Positions 23,786 to 36,329 of a DNA stretch of 64,000 bases are shown here, piece after piece. The position numbers were made by a program, and so were the translations under genes. The notes under the pieces were generated by a model. The model was not told where the DNA came from. It was given only the letters and a program-made list of their open reading frames with translations, and did no database searches. The first letter of the stretch is position 1, and each line of letters starts with the position of its first letter. Source of the stretch: Camelus dromedarius (lineage: Eukaryota); contig NC_087436.1 of assembly GCF_036321535.1 (NCBI RefSeq), forward strand, positions 80,292,001-80,356,000, written 5' to 3'.

Positions 23786-25034
23786 TCTACTAGTGAATGG
23801 TTTAGCTTTCTGTATTTATTTTTTAGTAATCATATTCATTTCTAAGCCCTCTTTTTATTCTGTTTTCCTATTGCATAACATTCTGTTCTTGTTTTAAAAT
23901 TCTCTTCTGGCTTCTAAACTACTTTGCCAGGGAGTAATTTTTGTTGCTTAAATATGTATATTTTTGTTTTGTGGCACACTTTCTTTAGATGTCTGCTGCC
24001 TGTTTTCCCTTCATATTAAAAAAACAAGGTGAAAATATCTGAGTGTGGTACTGCCTGTGGGAAGGGTTGGTCAATGAGGGGAGTTTGGTTTAGAAAACTG
24101 GATGAGTTGCAGGCAGTGGAGAACTTTTTCCCTCTTCCATTATCATAGAGAAAAAAAAGTCTTTGATATTTGCAAAGCATTCTATACATGTGGGAGAGAA
24201 GGAGGCATGATGGGATGAAGTCAATTCTTCGATACACTGGCTTCCAATAAATCTCCATTTTTAGCTCATCTTATTCCCCATCCTGATATCTAACATACTA
24301 GAAAACAAAATGCTCCAAGGCATGTTATTAAATAGAAAAATACGTTACACAGTATTACGTAGCATGTATACATGTGCACATATACTTAGATACGTGTATA
24401 AAGCCATAGAGAAAAGTCTGGAAGAAAGTCCAGCAAACAGTTAACAGTGATTATTTCTAGGAAAAGTAGTACATTTCCAGAAAGAGAGAAAGAAGACTTT
24501 TTATTCTAGATAATACTGTATTGTTTAACTTTTTAACTTTGAGTGTGTATTCATGTATTATTTGTGATTAAGTGTGTGTGTGTGTGTATACATATGTAAT
24601 AAAAAACAAATCCACATATGGGAATTTCAGTTGGTTTTTATCTCTGAATCCCATACAGTGTCTAGCACAGTGTTCTGACATTGTAGGTATGTAATAAATA
24701 TTTGTTACATAAACAAATGAATATCTATCAAAAATAGACATGCATTATTACTGCCGCTAAAATGTAATTTCCAAAATTCATGACTCATGAGTCTCATGCA
24801 AGTAAAAAATGAACTCATGTCAAAGATTTTATTTAATGCAATAGTTAATGAAGGAGTCAGAAAGACATTAAACTTAGTTCAAAAGGGATTTTGACTTAAA
24901 ATGATTTATATTCTGTATCACAAAAACTTACTTACATTGCCATGTACCAGAACCATGTGCATGGCCATCAGTTTTCCACAAATTAACTCTCATCCTAGTA
25001 GAATTGTAAAATAGCCTAATTGATCAAAGACATT

Positions 25035-25410
25035 TGTTATAGACAATGTTTGTGTCCCGTCTGCCAAATTCATATGTTGAAAGCATACCCTGCAATGTGA
25101 TGGTATTAGGAGCTCGGGCCTTTGGGAGATAATTAGGACCAGATGAGGTCATGAAGGTGGAGTCTTCATGAATGGGATTTGTGACTGTCTAAGAGTCATG
25201 GGAGAGCTGGTTTCCTCTCTCTGTTCACTAAGGATACAATAAGTCAACAGTCTACAAGCTGAAAGAGGGCCCTCACAAGAACTTGCCTTGCTGGTGCTTT
25301 GATCTTGGCCATCCAGCCTCCAGAACTGTAAGAAATAAATTTCTGTTGTTTATAAGTCCCCCAGTCTATGTGTGGTATTTTTGTCATGGCAGCCTGAGCT
25401 GACTGAGACA
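25035..25410 (+). mobile_element. MLT1A-like (MaLR) solo LTR
   Basis: aaattcatatgttgaa, aatgtgatggtattaggag, ccagcctccagaactgtaagaaataaatttctgttgtttataag, ending gcagcctgagctgactgagaca. Confidence 0.85.
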
Positions 25411-27869
25411 ACAAAGGTGCGTCCCTCTTTAGCATCAGATAATCCCTAGTGGGGCTGCTAGCAATGTCTAATGCCTATTGCCAAGACAACCAGGAACTCT
25501 TTTGCTCATTTCTAAAACTTTGTCAATTTTCCCTGACACTGCTATATTAAAATCATCTGTTTTCTTGGTGTTTTGAAACACTTACGAATCTCTTTTCTAA
25601 TACATGTCAATGATTGCACAGTTTTGAGTAATTTCTTTAATCCACATCTACATAGATACTATTCACGCATTCTCTTGACAAGATTGTCTAAATGTGCTTT
25701 GCCAGTAAGGTAATTGAAAGTTTTGCCTTATAGATATCTCAGTGTTCTTGTATAAAATGTTTTCATTGCACCACTCACTCCGCTTCAAATATACTGGAAA
25801 TAACTTGGCAGAACCCAGTTAATAAGTAATTTTGGCATTTGTTCCCTAAACGCAACAGTACAGTATTTACAGTCTGAGTGGTATGTTGCTGAAGCCAGAT
25901 TTCTTTACTAAAACAAAAACACACACTGCAGTATTAGGTCCTTCTTAAGCACATTAGGTTAATAACCACTCTGGTCCACTGAAGGATACTCTAATAGATT
26001 TCCTGTTCTAGGCTCTTTCCAACTGCCTGGAGGGCCCAGTGAAGGCCGTGCTCCCTTCCCACTCCCATGCATCAATCCATGACAGTTAAATGCAGAAAAA
26101 TACATCAGATGCTAAGTGATCAAAGCACGAATTGTTGTTGTTAAGACGATGGATGAGACAGATTTAAATCTCCATGATAATGTAGGATATTGGTATTAAT
26201 TTGGGGAGCAAATCAAATCTCTTAAAATGTGGTAAAACAATTTTTTTTTTGTAAATCAAACTGAGAAAAGAGGAGCAGCAGACAATGGGTATTACTAGAA
26301 ATACATCTAATTTTAAGTCTTTTGTAATGTGCAGAAATAAAATAGATTCACTAAGGAAATAATCCTTTAAACATGCTTGCTTTTCCAAAGCAAAAATTAA
26401 GCTTTATATAGTCTAGCAAAAGGTGTCATTTGCTTTTGTTTCTTGCCATGAGAATACAAAGACATGGAAAATTGTTTTAGATTTTTAAAGCCTTAATCAT
26501 ACATAGTTATATATTTAATATGCACCTTTTACTAGAAAAAAAATACATATAATTGGGACCAGCTGGAAAAATCAAAGATATGTGATCTTCCAGACCAACA
26601 ACTGTCAGTCTTTAAAGTGCTGAACTTCATTGACTCAATTAAACCATCATTTTAAAAAAATGCACCATTATTTAATGTACTGCTAAGAAAAAGAAAATGG
26701 TCAATTAAAATATGAAACAATGTTTTCTTATTACGTCAAATGTAAGACATACTATGATTTCCGAGAGTTTAAAATGTAAATTGAAAGGATGTCTTAGAAG
26801 AGAAGAAATATGGTATTTGTTATGTCTTCCGACAGAGACACACCATACAGCTTTTCTTTCTCTGATCAGTGTAAGGCTTTTTTTCCATGAGATCTTACGG
26901 CTCTTATTGCATCTTATAAGGAAATGATTTCTATTGTAAAAGTATAAGTAAACAAGGGTTTGTAAAGCAAAACATAAGTGGGAAAGGGTGAGCTGTGATA
27001 ACGTGACACCCGGGGGCTGGCGCCCCCACGGTAATGGTGTGTCTCAGTGGGTGTAGCAACGTTGGCCCTAGTTGGCTGGTTTGGGTATGACTTTGACTAT
27101 GGTCCTTGCTGCTGCTTGGCATCCTTTGTTTCTACTGGTTTTCTATGCTGGGTCCTTCAGCTTTCTAAAGACTTCTGTGAGCTTCTCGTTACCCTTTCGA
27201 TAAATTGCTTGTATGCCTAAGTCAGCCAGATTTGCATCTAAGAACCTTGACTGATGCTTTTAGATTTTGGAACTTCACTGAACAGAGGTAATTGATATAA
27301 TTTGAAGCAAATCAGTGACTTTCCACTTCTAAGGACAGTTGCCAATTTCTTCCACTTTTCTAAATGACCACCTCCAAAAAGATATAAATCCAATTCAACA
27401 TTAAAAAAATAGTTGAGCCATGCAGTATCTAGAGCACATATATACCCATTCTTTTAGAAAATAATTCTATAAACTTATAGAAGGAATATTCTGCCTATTC
27501 TACAAAGGCATTAAATCAGCAAAATATAATTACTGTGATTCAGTGGAGAAGCTAGAAATGGAAGGAATTCTGTAGTCATACATATGCAAGATACGTGGTA
27601 GTAAGTGATTGCAGTTAATAATAGGAAATGCCAATTTCATTAATCTTAGTACTGCTGAAGGATAAAGCAAAAATTAATTAATTTGATAGTCTGATGATTT
27701 CTTTGCACTTATTTGCAAAGGTGCCCTACCCCATTTCATAATTTCTACTCACCTTACCAAAGCAATATCAGCAGATCCCTTTTTCTTCAAAGTCTTCTAA
27801 GGTGTTTCAGCTTTAGTGAGTTTAGAAATGGAGTGCTGCTCTCCCTGAGAAATGCAGCTTTTAATGATA

Positions 27870-28370
27870 TAAATGCTGATGATGGGGAACACTTGTATAG
27901 TGCTTTGCTAGAACCAGACACTGTTCTAAGTACTTTCATAAGAATTCTGGGAGGAAAATATTATCACCCTTATACATGAGGACACTGAGGCACAGAGATT
28001 AAGTTACATGACTGATGGCATGGGCCAGTAGAGGGCAGAGCTGGGACTTCCACATGGGCGGGTTGGCTGATGAATTCCTATGCTTAATTGTTACAAGTTG
28101 CCCCTTCTTACAAGTTCCTTGTTTCTGCTGCTACCTACTTGCAGTACCTAGTGGACCTGGCAGAATTTAAAGTACAAAAACGTAGCTTTCAATCCCAGAT
28201 TTCCTCTGCAAACTTGGGTAGTTTACATACCGAACCTCAGATTTTTTTTTTCCTTGTAAAATGGAAATAATAATATTTGTTCTGCCTACTTCAGAGGTTG
28301 TTGAGTAGAATAAATAAAATAATGTATATGAAAGTGCTTTGTAAAGTGTTACATAAAGAGTTATTACTTA
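27870..28370. mobile_element. Two MIR SINEs (- at ~27870-28075, + at ~28190-28370)
   Basis: gaggacactgaggcacagagattaagt...gcagagctgggact, and cctcagatttt...tgtaaaatggaaataata...aatgtatatgaaagtgctt. Confidence 0.6.
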
Positions 28371-29893
28371 AACTCTGATTGGGCATATTGGATAGGACAT
28401 AGCTTCAGCTGTACGTGATGAAATGTTCCATAAAGTTAATGGGGTCAAGGCTAGAAGACAGAACTTTGGCTTGAACCCAGGGTTGCCCATATAAAACCGT
28501 GCTTCTAATTACACTCCTGTACGCGCTCCTCTGATATTTAGTCAGATGTGCTTGATGGCACACCATTATTTTCCCAGGCAGGTTCATTAATAATAAGAGT
28601 GTAAACATAAATTGTCCTTCAGTAACTTACCACAAGATGCTCCTCTGGTTGGCCTAAATCAAAAATTCCGATCTCTGACTTACAGACTGAACTGACAGAG
28701 GGCAACAGAGAAAGAGAGGGCAAGCGACAACAGCCATAATGTGGTTGTCCAAGCAACCAGAAACACAATCAGGCAGCCCTTCATTTCTGGTTCTCCAAAG
28801 AAATGAAGAACAATTGATTAAACTAGTCACCCCATGGTCTTCTGTTCCTTAAGGAAGACCACACCATCACTGTCACTCAAAGAACTTATTTTCATATATT
28901 TTGTCATTTTGTTACTCTTCCGATAAGACTGATCAATTTTTCTCTCCATCCCTTTGAAAATATGGCGACCCAAATTGAATCCAGAGCTTTAAAGATTTGT
29001 CTGATGAAGTAAAATGATGTCTTTGTGTTTTGCCTTTCAATGCGTCCTACTTTGACTTTTTGGTTTTGCTTGTGTGTTATTAAATTTTCAGAACAACGTT
29101 ACTTATTTTCAGCGTGCCAGTAATGACCTTGAGAATTTTATATTGTTGATTTATTTCTATAAGGGTGCTTTTCTGAACGTTGTCCTGTTTGTATGACAGC
29201 CTGTCGCATTTTCCCATTTGTCAGCTTGTCAGTAAATGACCAGGTGGCACATATGTGTCAGGAAAACTAATCACCTTCTAACAGGATTTGGAACGGAATT
29301 AATGCAGATCGTGCGCCCTTCTTGTTCCAGCTTTAGCAGCCTGAGGTCCATGACTGCTCAGAGATTAGCTGGTTGGCAGCTGCACTGCATGGCACCTCAG
29401 ACCCTCGGCAGTGAATCTGGAGAGATTCAATACTGGAGTTCCTGGAAGACAGAGTTTGGGTATGTGATTGAAACTGGCTAGCCCATCCCAGGATGCCCAG
29501 TGAGACAAACGCATCCCCTACTTTGAAGGTAATGACACTGGGCCAGAAGGCCACGGAGTCATCGAGTTCATCCTGCCAGACAAGTTTCTGCTTCTGTAGG
29601 CTTCTGAACCTCAGACACGACCCGATGTGTCAAGCTGATGCGGCCAGGGAAGCCATTTGAAGGGGTAATGCTGAGTGCTGTCAATATTTACCAGGTGTCT
29701 GGTTCTTCCAGCCCTCCCAGTTGCTCGGTGACGAGTCCACACGTTCTCACTCCTCATTTCCAAGCTCGTTGCTCGTCTCTTCTTCACGTCCCTGCTCCTC
29801 CCCTTTGCTCCAGCCCTCACCGCTCCCACCTTTTCTCAAAGCCGCCACCTGTGTGCTCGCGGAGACCTGGGTGGAGCCTTGGGTCCGGGCCCA

Positions 29894-29901
29894 TGACGTC
29901 A
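29894..29901. promoter_or_regulatory. Full palindromic CRE (TGACGTCA)
   Basis: Exact consensus inside the CpG island, just upstream of the GC boxes. Function is not shown. Confidence 0.6.
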
Positions 29902-29949
29902 CCCCTCTACGATGGAGGCGGGGCTGTGGGAACCGCAGTGCAGCGCAGA

Positions 29950-30077
29950 GGGGCGGGGCGGGGCGGGGCCTGCGGCGCGTGACCTGGCTGCGGGAGGCAG
30001 GAACAGGGAGAAAGGTGTAGGGGGGCCGGGAGCGGCCGACTCCGGAGTCCGGGGGGCGGGGCGGGGCGGGGCGGGGA
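29950..30077 (+). promoter_or_regulatory. Two tandem GC-box (Sp/KLF) arrays
   Basis: (GGGGC)n arrays at ~29950-29969 and ~30051-30076. Confidence 0.75.
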
Positions 30078-30544
30078 GTGGCAGGGCCCAGGCGGCTGGC
30101 GCCCCGCAAAGCGCTGAAGCAGGTCACGCTTCTTCCTTCCTTCCCCGTCCTTTCTTCTCCTCCCACCTGGGCCTCTGCGTGGGGACGCGCACCTGGCAAC
30201 CGGCAACCGGGCTCTGCCGCGCCCCCGCCTTCTCCGCTCCGGCCGGGCGCCCCGAGCCTGCCCTGCACCCCGAGCCGGCCCCTGGCGCCCGCCCCTCGCC
30301 CCTCTGCTGGCGCCGCGCTCGCTGGAGGCGGCCTCGAGCGCTTGCTCGTTGATGCCGTTTTGGGGGTGACCCGCGCGGCGGCGGCTCCTCCACGGTGGGG
30401 GCGTGTTAGTGGCCACAGCTTTGCCGGACGTCGAGTGTGCGGCTGCGGGGTGGCGGGGAGGCCAGCCGGCGAGACCTTGCGCGCAGCTCGGGTTTCGGGA
30501 CGCTGGAGGAGACCGCCTCGGCCGCGCGGGAGCGGGAGCGGGAG

Positions 30545-30661
30545 ATGTGGGAGCTCAGGCACCGGGGAGGCTGCCCCGGCCCCGGGGGAGCGGTGGCGCC
30601 GCCACCCTGCGAGGGAGAGGCGGCCGGCGGCGACCACGAAACCGAGAGCACCAGTGACAAA
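30545..30661 (+). CDS. CDS1: CDS1 coding exon 1 (117 nt)
   Basis: ATG in context GGAGATGT encodes MWELRHRGGCPGPGGAVAPPPCEGEAAGGDHETESTSDK, the recognisable CDS1 N-terminus. Donor AAA|gtaagt, phase 0. Confidence 0.96.
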
Positions 30662-32959
30662 GTAAGTAGAGCCGCGAGAAACGCACACCCGGGACACCTG
30701 GGCTGGGACACCTGGGAGCGAGGGTGGGGCTCCACGGGAATGTCAGGTGAAGCTGACGGCTGCGCCGCCTTCCCGGCCTGGCTTAATTTCTTTCTTACTC
30801 AAGTGGGACTCCAGCGAAGGTACGTTTCCCAGGATGACTGCGACTGCTGCCAGGATAGCTGGATGATTCAACTTGACTCCAATATAGTTTCTGCCCGTTC
30901 CAGTCCCCTCCCCGGGGTCTGGGGCCGACGCTAGCATTGGGATGGAACCTGCCATCCTGGGAGTTGCTGTTTTCTAGTAGCTCCCACCTCGCACCTCTTT
31001 TCGGTAGAGGGACAAAGTTAGTAAGGGCTAAACTTAAGACATGCACCTTCGGTTCTAGCATGTCATTGGATCCTGACGCCGGAGGCTCGGCTTCTGCGCT
31101 CCTCCATCAGCACTTTCGTTTCCTCTGTCCTTTTTCAGTGTAAGAGGTTTTGGAGGTTTGAGCGTCTCATGCAAGTGGCTCAGTTGTAATCCTCCAGCTT
31201 CTTTTGATTCCACGGCAGGGGATTTCATTTGACCTGACACCTTAATTCATGAGGACTTTTTAAACTCCCACTTCTTGCTTCACATTCAAGAATAGGTAGA
31301 TGTAATGCCATTCTTTTTAAAGATATTCAAGAGTCAAAGTTCAGCTTATTCGGTAATACAGTAGTGCGAGTGGGAATTTTTAGGGGGAACAAACGCAGTT
31401 TTATGACGTTTTAGACTGAATGGTGTAGGAAACTGGGCCAGACCGTAGATTATTGTATAAAATCTTCTGTTTATAAAATTTTACTTCATTTTAAAAGCTA
31501 CGAGCACTTAGGCTGTGCCTAGAAGCATTCTTTTTTGGAAGCAGGTATTGCAGTTTGAATTACAGAAGTGGAGTAGGTAGCCCACGGTCAAGTCAGTGGC
31601 CTTTTGGAACTAGAACCTGTTTCCTGGTTCCCTTTCTTCTGATTTGTACTGTTCCTGAGACTCACTTGCAGTTCTGACTTGGGGAGGGTTCCACCTGGAC
31701 CTTGATGCTGGTGAGCTTGAGGTGACCCAAGTTATAAAGCCCTGGTAGAAACATATCATGCAACATCATGAAATAATTTAACAGTGATTTTAGGAATGAA
31801 CCTTCAGAATCTATGGGAAGACAGATCCTTTTTTTCTTTTTCCTATCCTTGATAGGCAGGTGGAATAAAATGAGTCTGCGATAGAACACATGTGTCAAGG
31901 AATTACACAAAGTGTAAGTTTCCAGCTCCTGAAGGTTGATGTTACAAAGCTGGAAACAGTGGGCTGAGAATAGTTTTTGTGAAAATTGCCTTGGAAACTA
32001 GACCGAAAATAGAATTAATTAGGTTGGAATTTGTTTTGTTTTAACACTGGTATAGTTTAGAATCGAGGAAATACCAGCTTGTCCATGTTCACTTCCTTAA
32101 CTGGGAGAAGGTAACACACTTTTAATAAGAAAAAAACATGTTCGAGGAAGCTATCCATAAAATGAGTTTTGAATTAATTAGTTTCTTAACACCCTAATAT
32201 ATTTAAAATGGAAATTACTTCTCTGGTTTGATTGGATTCATTAGAACTGTTGTCTCAAGCTATCTGTGACTTGGTTACCTCACTGCTGTATATTTATGTA
32301 TTTATTTATAAATGCTGCTGCATTGTTGGTTTTCATTAATACATACCCAGCTGACAGTAGATCTGTTCTGTTAAGATTTCTCAGACAAGGATGAGCATTT
32401 TTCAAACCATGTGTAAAATATTGCTTGCTTTTAGAGTTTATCCCAAGGAACTTTTGACTTGGCAAGCTTTGAGTCACTGAACTCTATCCTCTGTCTGTCC
32501 TTTCTTATCAGGGTGTATATCTGAATGTACCTGTATTTCCAGGTCAAGGGCTGTTATAAAATCAGTTTGCACATAGGAGGCTGGTTAATATTTGGTGCAT
32601 ATAAACTCTTTAAGTGCCTTCTCCATTCAAGTTGCAATAAAGGCAAAACTCCTAGGAAACTGATGAAAGAAGCAGAAGAGATGTGTTATATTCTGCTTTT
32701 GTCGTGCCATCTTGTAGTCTTTTTACAATGGTATTATTAGCATGACCTTTGCATTGTTCAGGATGTGGAGACTTATTCTGAAAGAGGACTCTGCTCTAGA
32801 GCATTAGCAAGTGAAAACGTGCTTCTTACCCATAGGGGAGTGTTCCCAGTTGCTAAATGCTGGAGTAATACTTGAAAGATCCCAAGACCACCACCTCAAG
32901 GAACCCCCCCCCCCAGGGCATATATATGAGTTAGATTTATTACAGTTCTGAACAAGGCT

Positions 32960-34210
32960 AATCATTAGCATAGAGGGCATAGCTGGACACTACACAGAGA
33001 TGACAGGGAAGGCTTTCAAAAGGAGATGAAGGTTGAGCTTGTAATTAAAAGATGCTTGGAGGCTCACCAGTTGGACATGTGCTAGGGAAGGGCATTTAGG
33101 CAAAGGATGTGTGGAACTGTTTCTTGAATCCGTGTTCTAGGCACAGGACACTAAAATTAGTTTGATAATCCTGGAGCATAAGCTGTGTGTGTTTGGAAGT
33201 TAGGGTTGGGAGTTTGAGAGTCTTGTGAGGGAGGTTGAGCTTTCTTCGATGGACTCCTGGAAGCTACTGGGAAGTTTTTGCAGAGACACTATCCTGTCAC
33301 TCTAGCAGCAGTCTGTAGAAAGTGTTGGAAGGGGGAGAGACCTGCCACAAAGAAACCAGATAGGAGTATATTGCAAATGCTGTATATACGAAATGATGAG
33401 GATGGATAGTAAGTCTAGGGGAGCAAGGGAGTAGGAGTTGGGAGAGAGGATGCATATTTTAGATACTAGGGGTGGGACCTGGACAAGGGTGATCATGGGA
33501 GGGCTAATAGCCTGCTGGGAGACACATTTTGGTCTACAACATAAGAGACTTAGGAAAGAAGCAAAAAATGATTGGGCAATTTTGCAGGTTGGGAGTGAGA
33601 CAGGTGAGTTGGGTTGGGCAGGTGTGGCATTCTCTAAAATAGAGAGGTGGTTCAAGCTGGTGATGGGAACTGAAAGGAGACTTGATTAGGATCGAGAGGG
33701 GAGAGAACTGAAGACAGAGCCTTGGGAGGCGCCCGTGTTCAGAGGGAAGGCATCAAGATAATGAGGTCCTGGGAGCTAAAGAAGGAAGACTGCTTAGAGG
33801 ATATCATCACTAGTATTTAGGAATGAGGGTGAGGCAGCGAACAGAGTTTAGCAAAAGATCCTAGAAGCCAAGTGTCAGGCTGAGGAAAGTGAGACGTGAA
33901 ATATTGGTAATTATTGTCAGAAGTGCCAGTGGAGGGGAGTACAGGATAGTAGCTAGAGAGGACTGCAGGGTCAAGAGAAAATCTCCTTTTTCAAAGGAGG
34001 GAAGATAGGTATTTAGATCAAGGAGTTAAGTGGGAGTGAAGATGCCCATGAGAGTATGAGGTTCCTAGAAAAGAGAAAACAGACATGGTGTGGAGATGAC
34101 AGGTGACTGAGGTATTCAAGGAAAGGGAAGAAGGAATCGACGGTAGTTACAGAACCATTTTGAAAAGCAGAAGAGGGAAGATCAGAGTGTTGGATGCTTT
34201 CGGTTTTCTC
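32960..34210 (-). mobile_element. Highly diverged L2 fragments
   Basis: Purine-rich L2-like motifs such as agggaaggctttcaaaaggagatga and agaactgaagacagagccttggg. Confidence 0.5.
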
Positions 34211-35354
34211 AGTAAAGTAAGATCTCAGAACCGCAGAGCTTCGAGGGATTTTAGAAACAGTTTAGTTCAACCCAATTTATACATACAAAAGTAAGCTTAC
34301 CCTGGAGTGTGTCTGTTTTTCAGCTCAAAATGACCTGGAGCAAGTGGCAGAGCTGGAACTAGAGCTCAGCTCTGACTGGGATACATTTGGGATGTCGTTT
34401 TAGGGAGCGTGATGCAAAAGGACCAAGAGGCAACTATTACCCAACTCAGTGAAGATTCAGTTGAACTAAAATAACACAAATTTGCTGTGAACCAAATTAG
34501 CATAGTTCTTAACTCAGTAGCAGTCATTGTCATAATAGAGGCTTGTAGAGTAATTTAGAGAAAACAGTTATCTTACATCTTTATTTGCTCCACAACTGTA
34601 TTTGTTAGGAATATCCCCCATTTAGTAGTTGAGAATAAGAAAGCACCTGGAGTGATTTTGGCCTGGGACTGCCAGGTGAAGGATGCTGAAGGAATGAGTG
34701 AATCAAGGAGGCCAGGGCTGAACTGGCTGACCACAAATTCGGGTGGGCAGCGAACTGGGCTGAAGCCCAAAGAGGGTTATTGAAGCTCTGGACGGACTGA
34801 GAGAGACTGAGCAGTTGGAAGTGAAGCGGGGACCTGACTGACTGCACCAGGAGTGGGAGAGAAGGGGGTGCCCTTGAAATGTGTGGCCTGAAAGGGGAGC
34901 ATAGGAGGACTAGTGTACCCTCAGATGAGGTCCCCATGTGCTCGTATGTGGGGCTGCTTCTTTGATACAGATTTTGGTTTGTTAAGTTGAGGGTGAAACA
35001 ATCTGGAAGCCAATTAACTTTTGTCCTTCCTCATTTAAGACATGTTTCTTTCATCAATAGTCTAATATTTTTTAAACAAATTTTTAATTTTGGAAGTTGT
35101 GTTTCCATAAATTCTTCATTTTGGCACTCTTCCTTGTGAGTTGTCCTGGTGTCACCAGCAGGTATACTAAACATTTTCTCAATTTTTTCCATCTAAATAT
35201 ATTAATAAAATATGAATATTTAGATCTAGACTTCCAGAACACCATTTAGGCTAGTGCTCCCCAATTGTTGATTAATTGTTAGTCAATATTATCACCTAAA
35301 TAAGTTTCCATGTTGCCATTTGCAGGGTGTTCATTTTATTTAGCAATAGCTTTT

Positions 35355-35827
35355 GAATGCTGGCTCCCCAGAAATCACCAACCAACCAAGTGATAAGACA
35401 AAGTGGAGGTTATGGCTTTCTGCGGTGAAGGAGAACACCACCTTGGCACAGACCTTTGGCGGTGTCTCGGAGGGGGAAAGGCAAGATTGGATTTTACTGA
35501 AAATTGAATGTTTGATTTAAGGCAGATCCTTCAACAGAGACTTGATTAGGATTGGGTAAGGATCCCAAGGTAACAGTTTGGGACTGGTGGCAATAGCCAG
35601 GCAAGGATTTTGACGCAAGAGTTTGAAGAGTCTTAAGAGGAAACTTGTTTATTGGTGCCTCCTGTTGATGAATTGACGTCTTTCAGAAGTTCTTGTGGTG
35701 AACAATTAACTCCAGAGCAAGTCTCTGAATAGTAAAGTTATGGTAATGAAGACAGTCGGATTCTGAAGCCATTTTCATGGCAGCAGTAAGATACTTGAGG
35801 GCGAGGGTGGGTGGTTTCTTTCTCACA
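35355..35827 (-). mobile_element. Probable old ERV1 solo LTR (MER90/MER110-like)
   Basis: gaaggagaacaccaccttg, gacttgattaggattgggtaaggatc, and a terminus reading TGTGAGAAAGAAACCACCC on the minus strand. The family assignment is tentative. Confidence 0.45.
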
Positions 35828-36329
35828 TCTTTAAAATATGGAAACAATGAAGGGAGGGAGAGAAAATGCTGAAATCAGGAGTATAACCTAATGTTCTTTC
35901 AAGTAAGAACTGTTTAGTGTCAAGATTTGTAAAAGGCCTCCTCCTCTCAGGCACAGAGCTCTGTGTCACTTGAGCGTTTCTTTTTGCTGCGTTGTAATTT
36001 TAGTGCTGAACTAGGTACAGGGATCGGTGTGAACTTCAAGGGACACATTGTGGAGAAGCTGACCCTGGTTGTCTGACTCACTTTTTAGGGGACCGGGTGT
36101 AAAAGGGGTGGAAGTTGTGATTGATTATTGTGACTGATTTAATGCATCATCCTTTGTTGCATTCTAGACTGCTGCTTACCTTCTTTAGAGGATTTTTTTT
36201 GGAGCCATCATCTTGAATGGACTGGAGTCCCCTGACCTTGTTCTTCCTGTCTTCTCAGTCTCCAGTATTGAGAAGAGTCTCGGTCCCTTCTCTACCACTG
36301 GCTCCTGTGCACTCTTTAGGAGTCACCAT

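Larger units (their letters stand above)
29800..30800. promoter_or_regulatory. CDS1: CpG island / TATA-less promoter, 5' UTR and exon 1 of CDS1
   Basis: Abrupt rise in GC and CpG density in otherwise CpG-depleted DNA, containing the start codon at 30545. Confidence 0.92.

Noticed and set aside
30437..30544. In-frame 36-codon N-terminal extension of CDS1 suggested by the ORF track
   Set aside because: It starts at GTG, not ATG, and the recognisable CDS1 N-terminus begins at 30545. Nothing supports near-cognate initiation.
29747..30697. 316-aa minus-strand ORF and other overlapping 100-195 aa ORFs in the CpG island
   Set aside because: They are low-complexity Arg/Gly/Pro/Ala translations in all frames, as expected from stop-codon scarcity in GC-rich DNA. 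Only 30545-30661 has recognisable homology and a splice donor.
34590..34950. Possible old LTR fragment
   Set aside because: The composition is suggestive, but I could not identify termini or diagnostic motifs.
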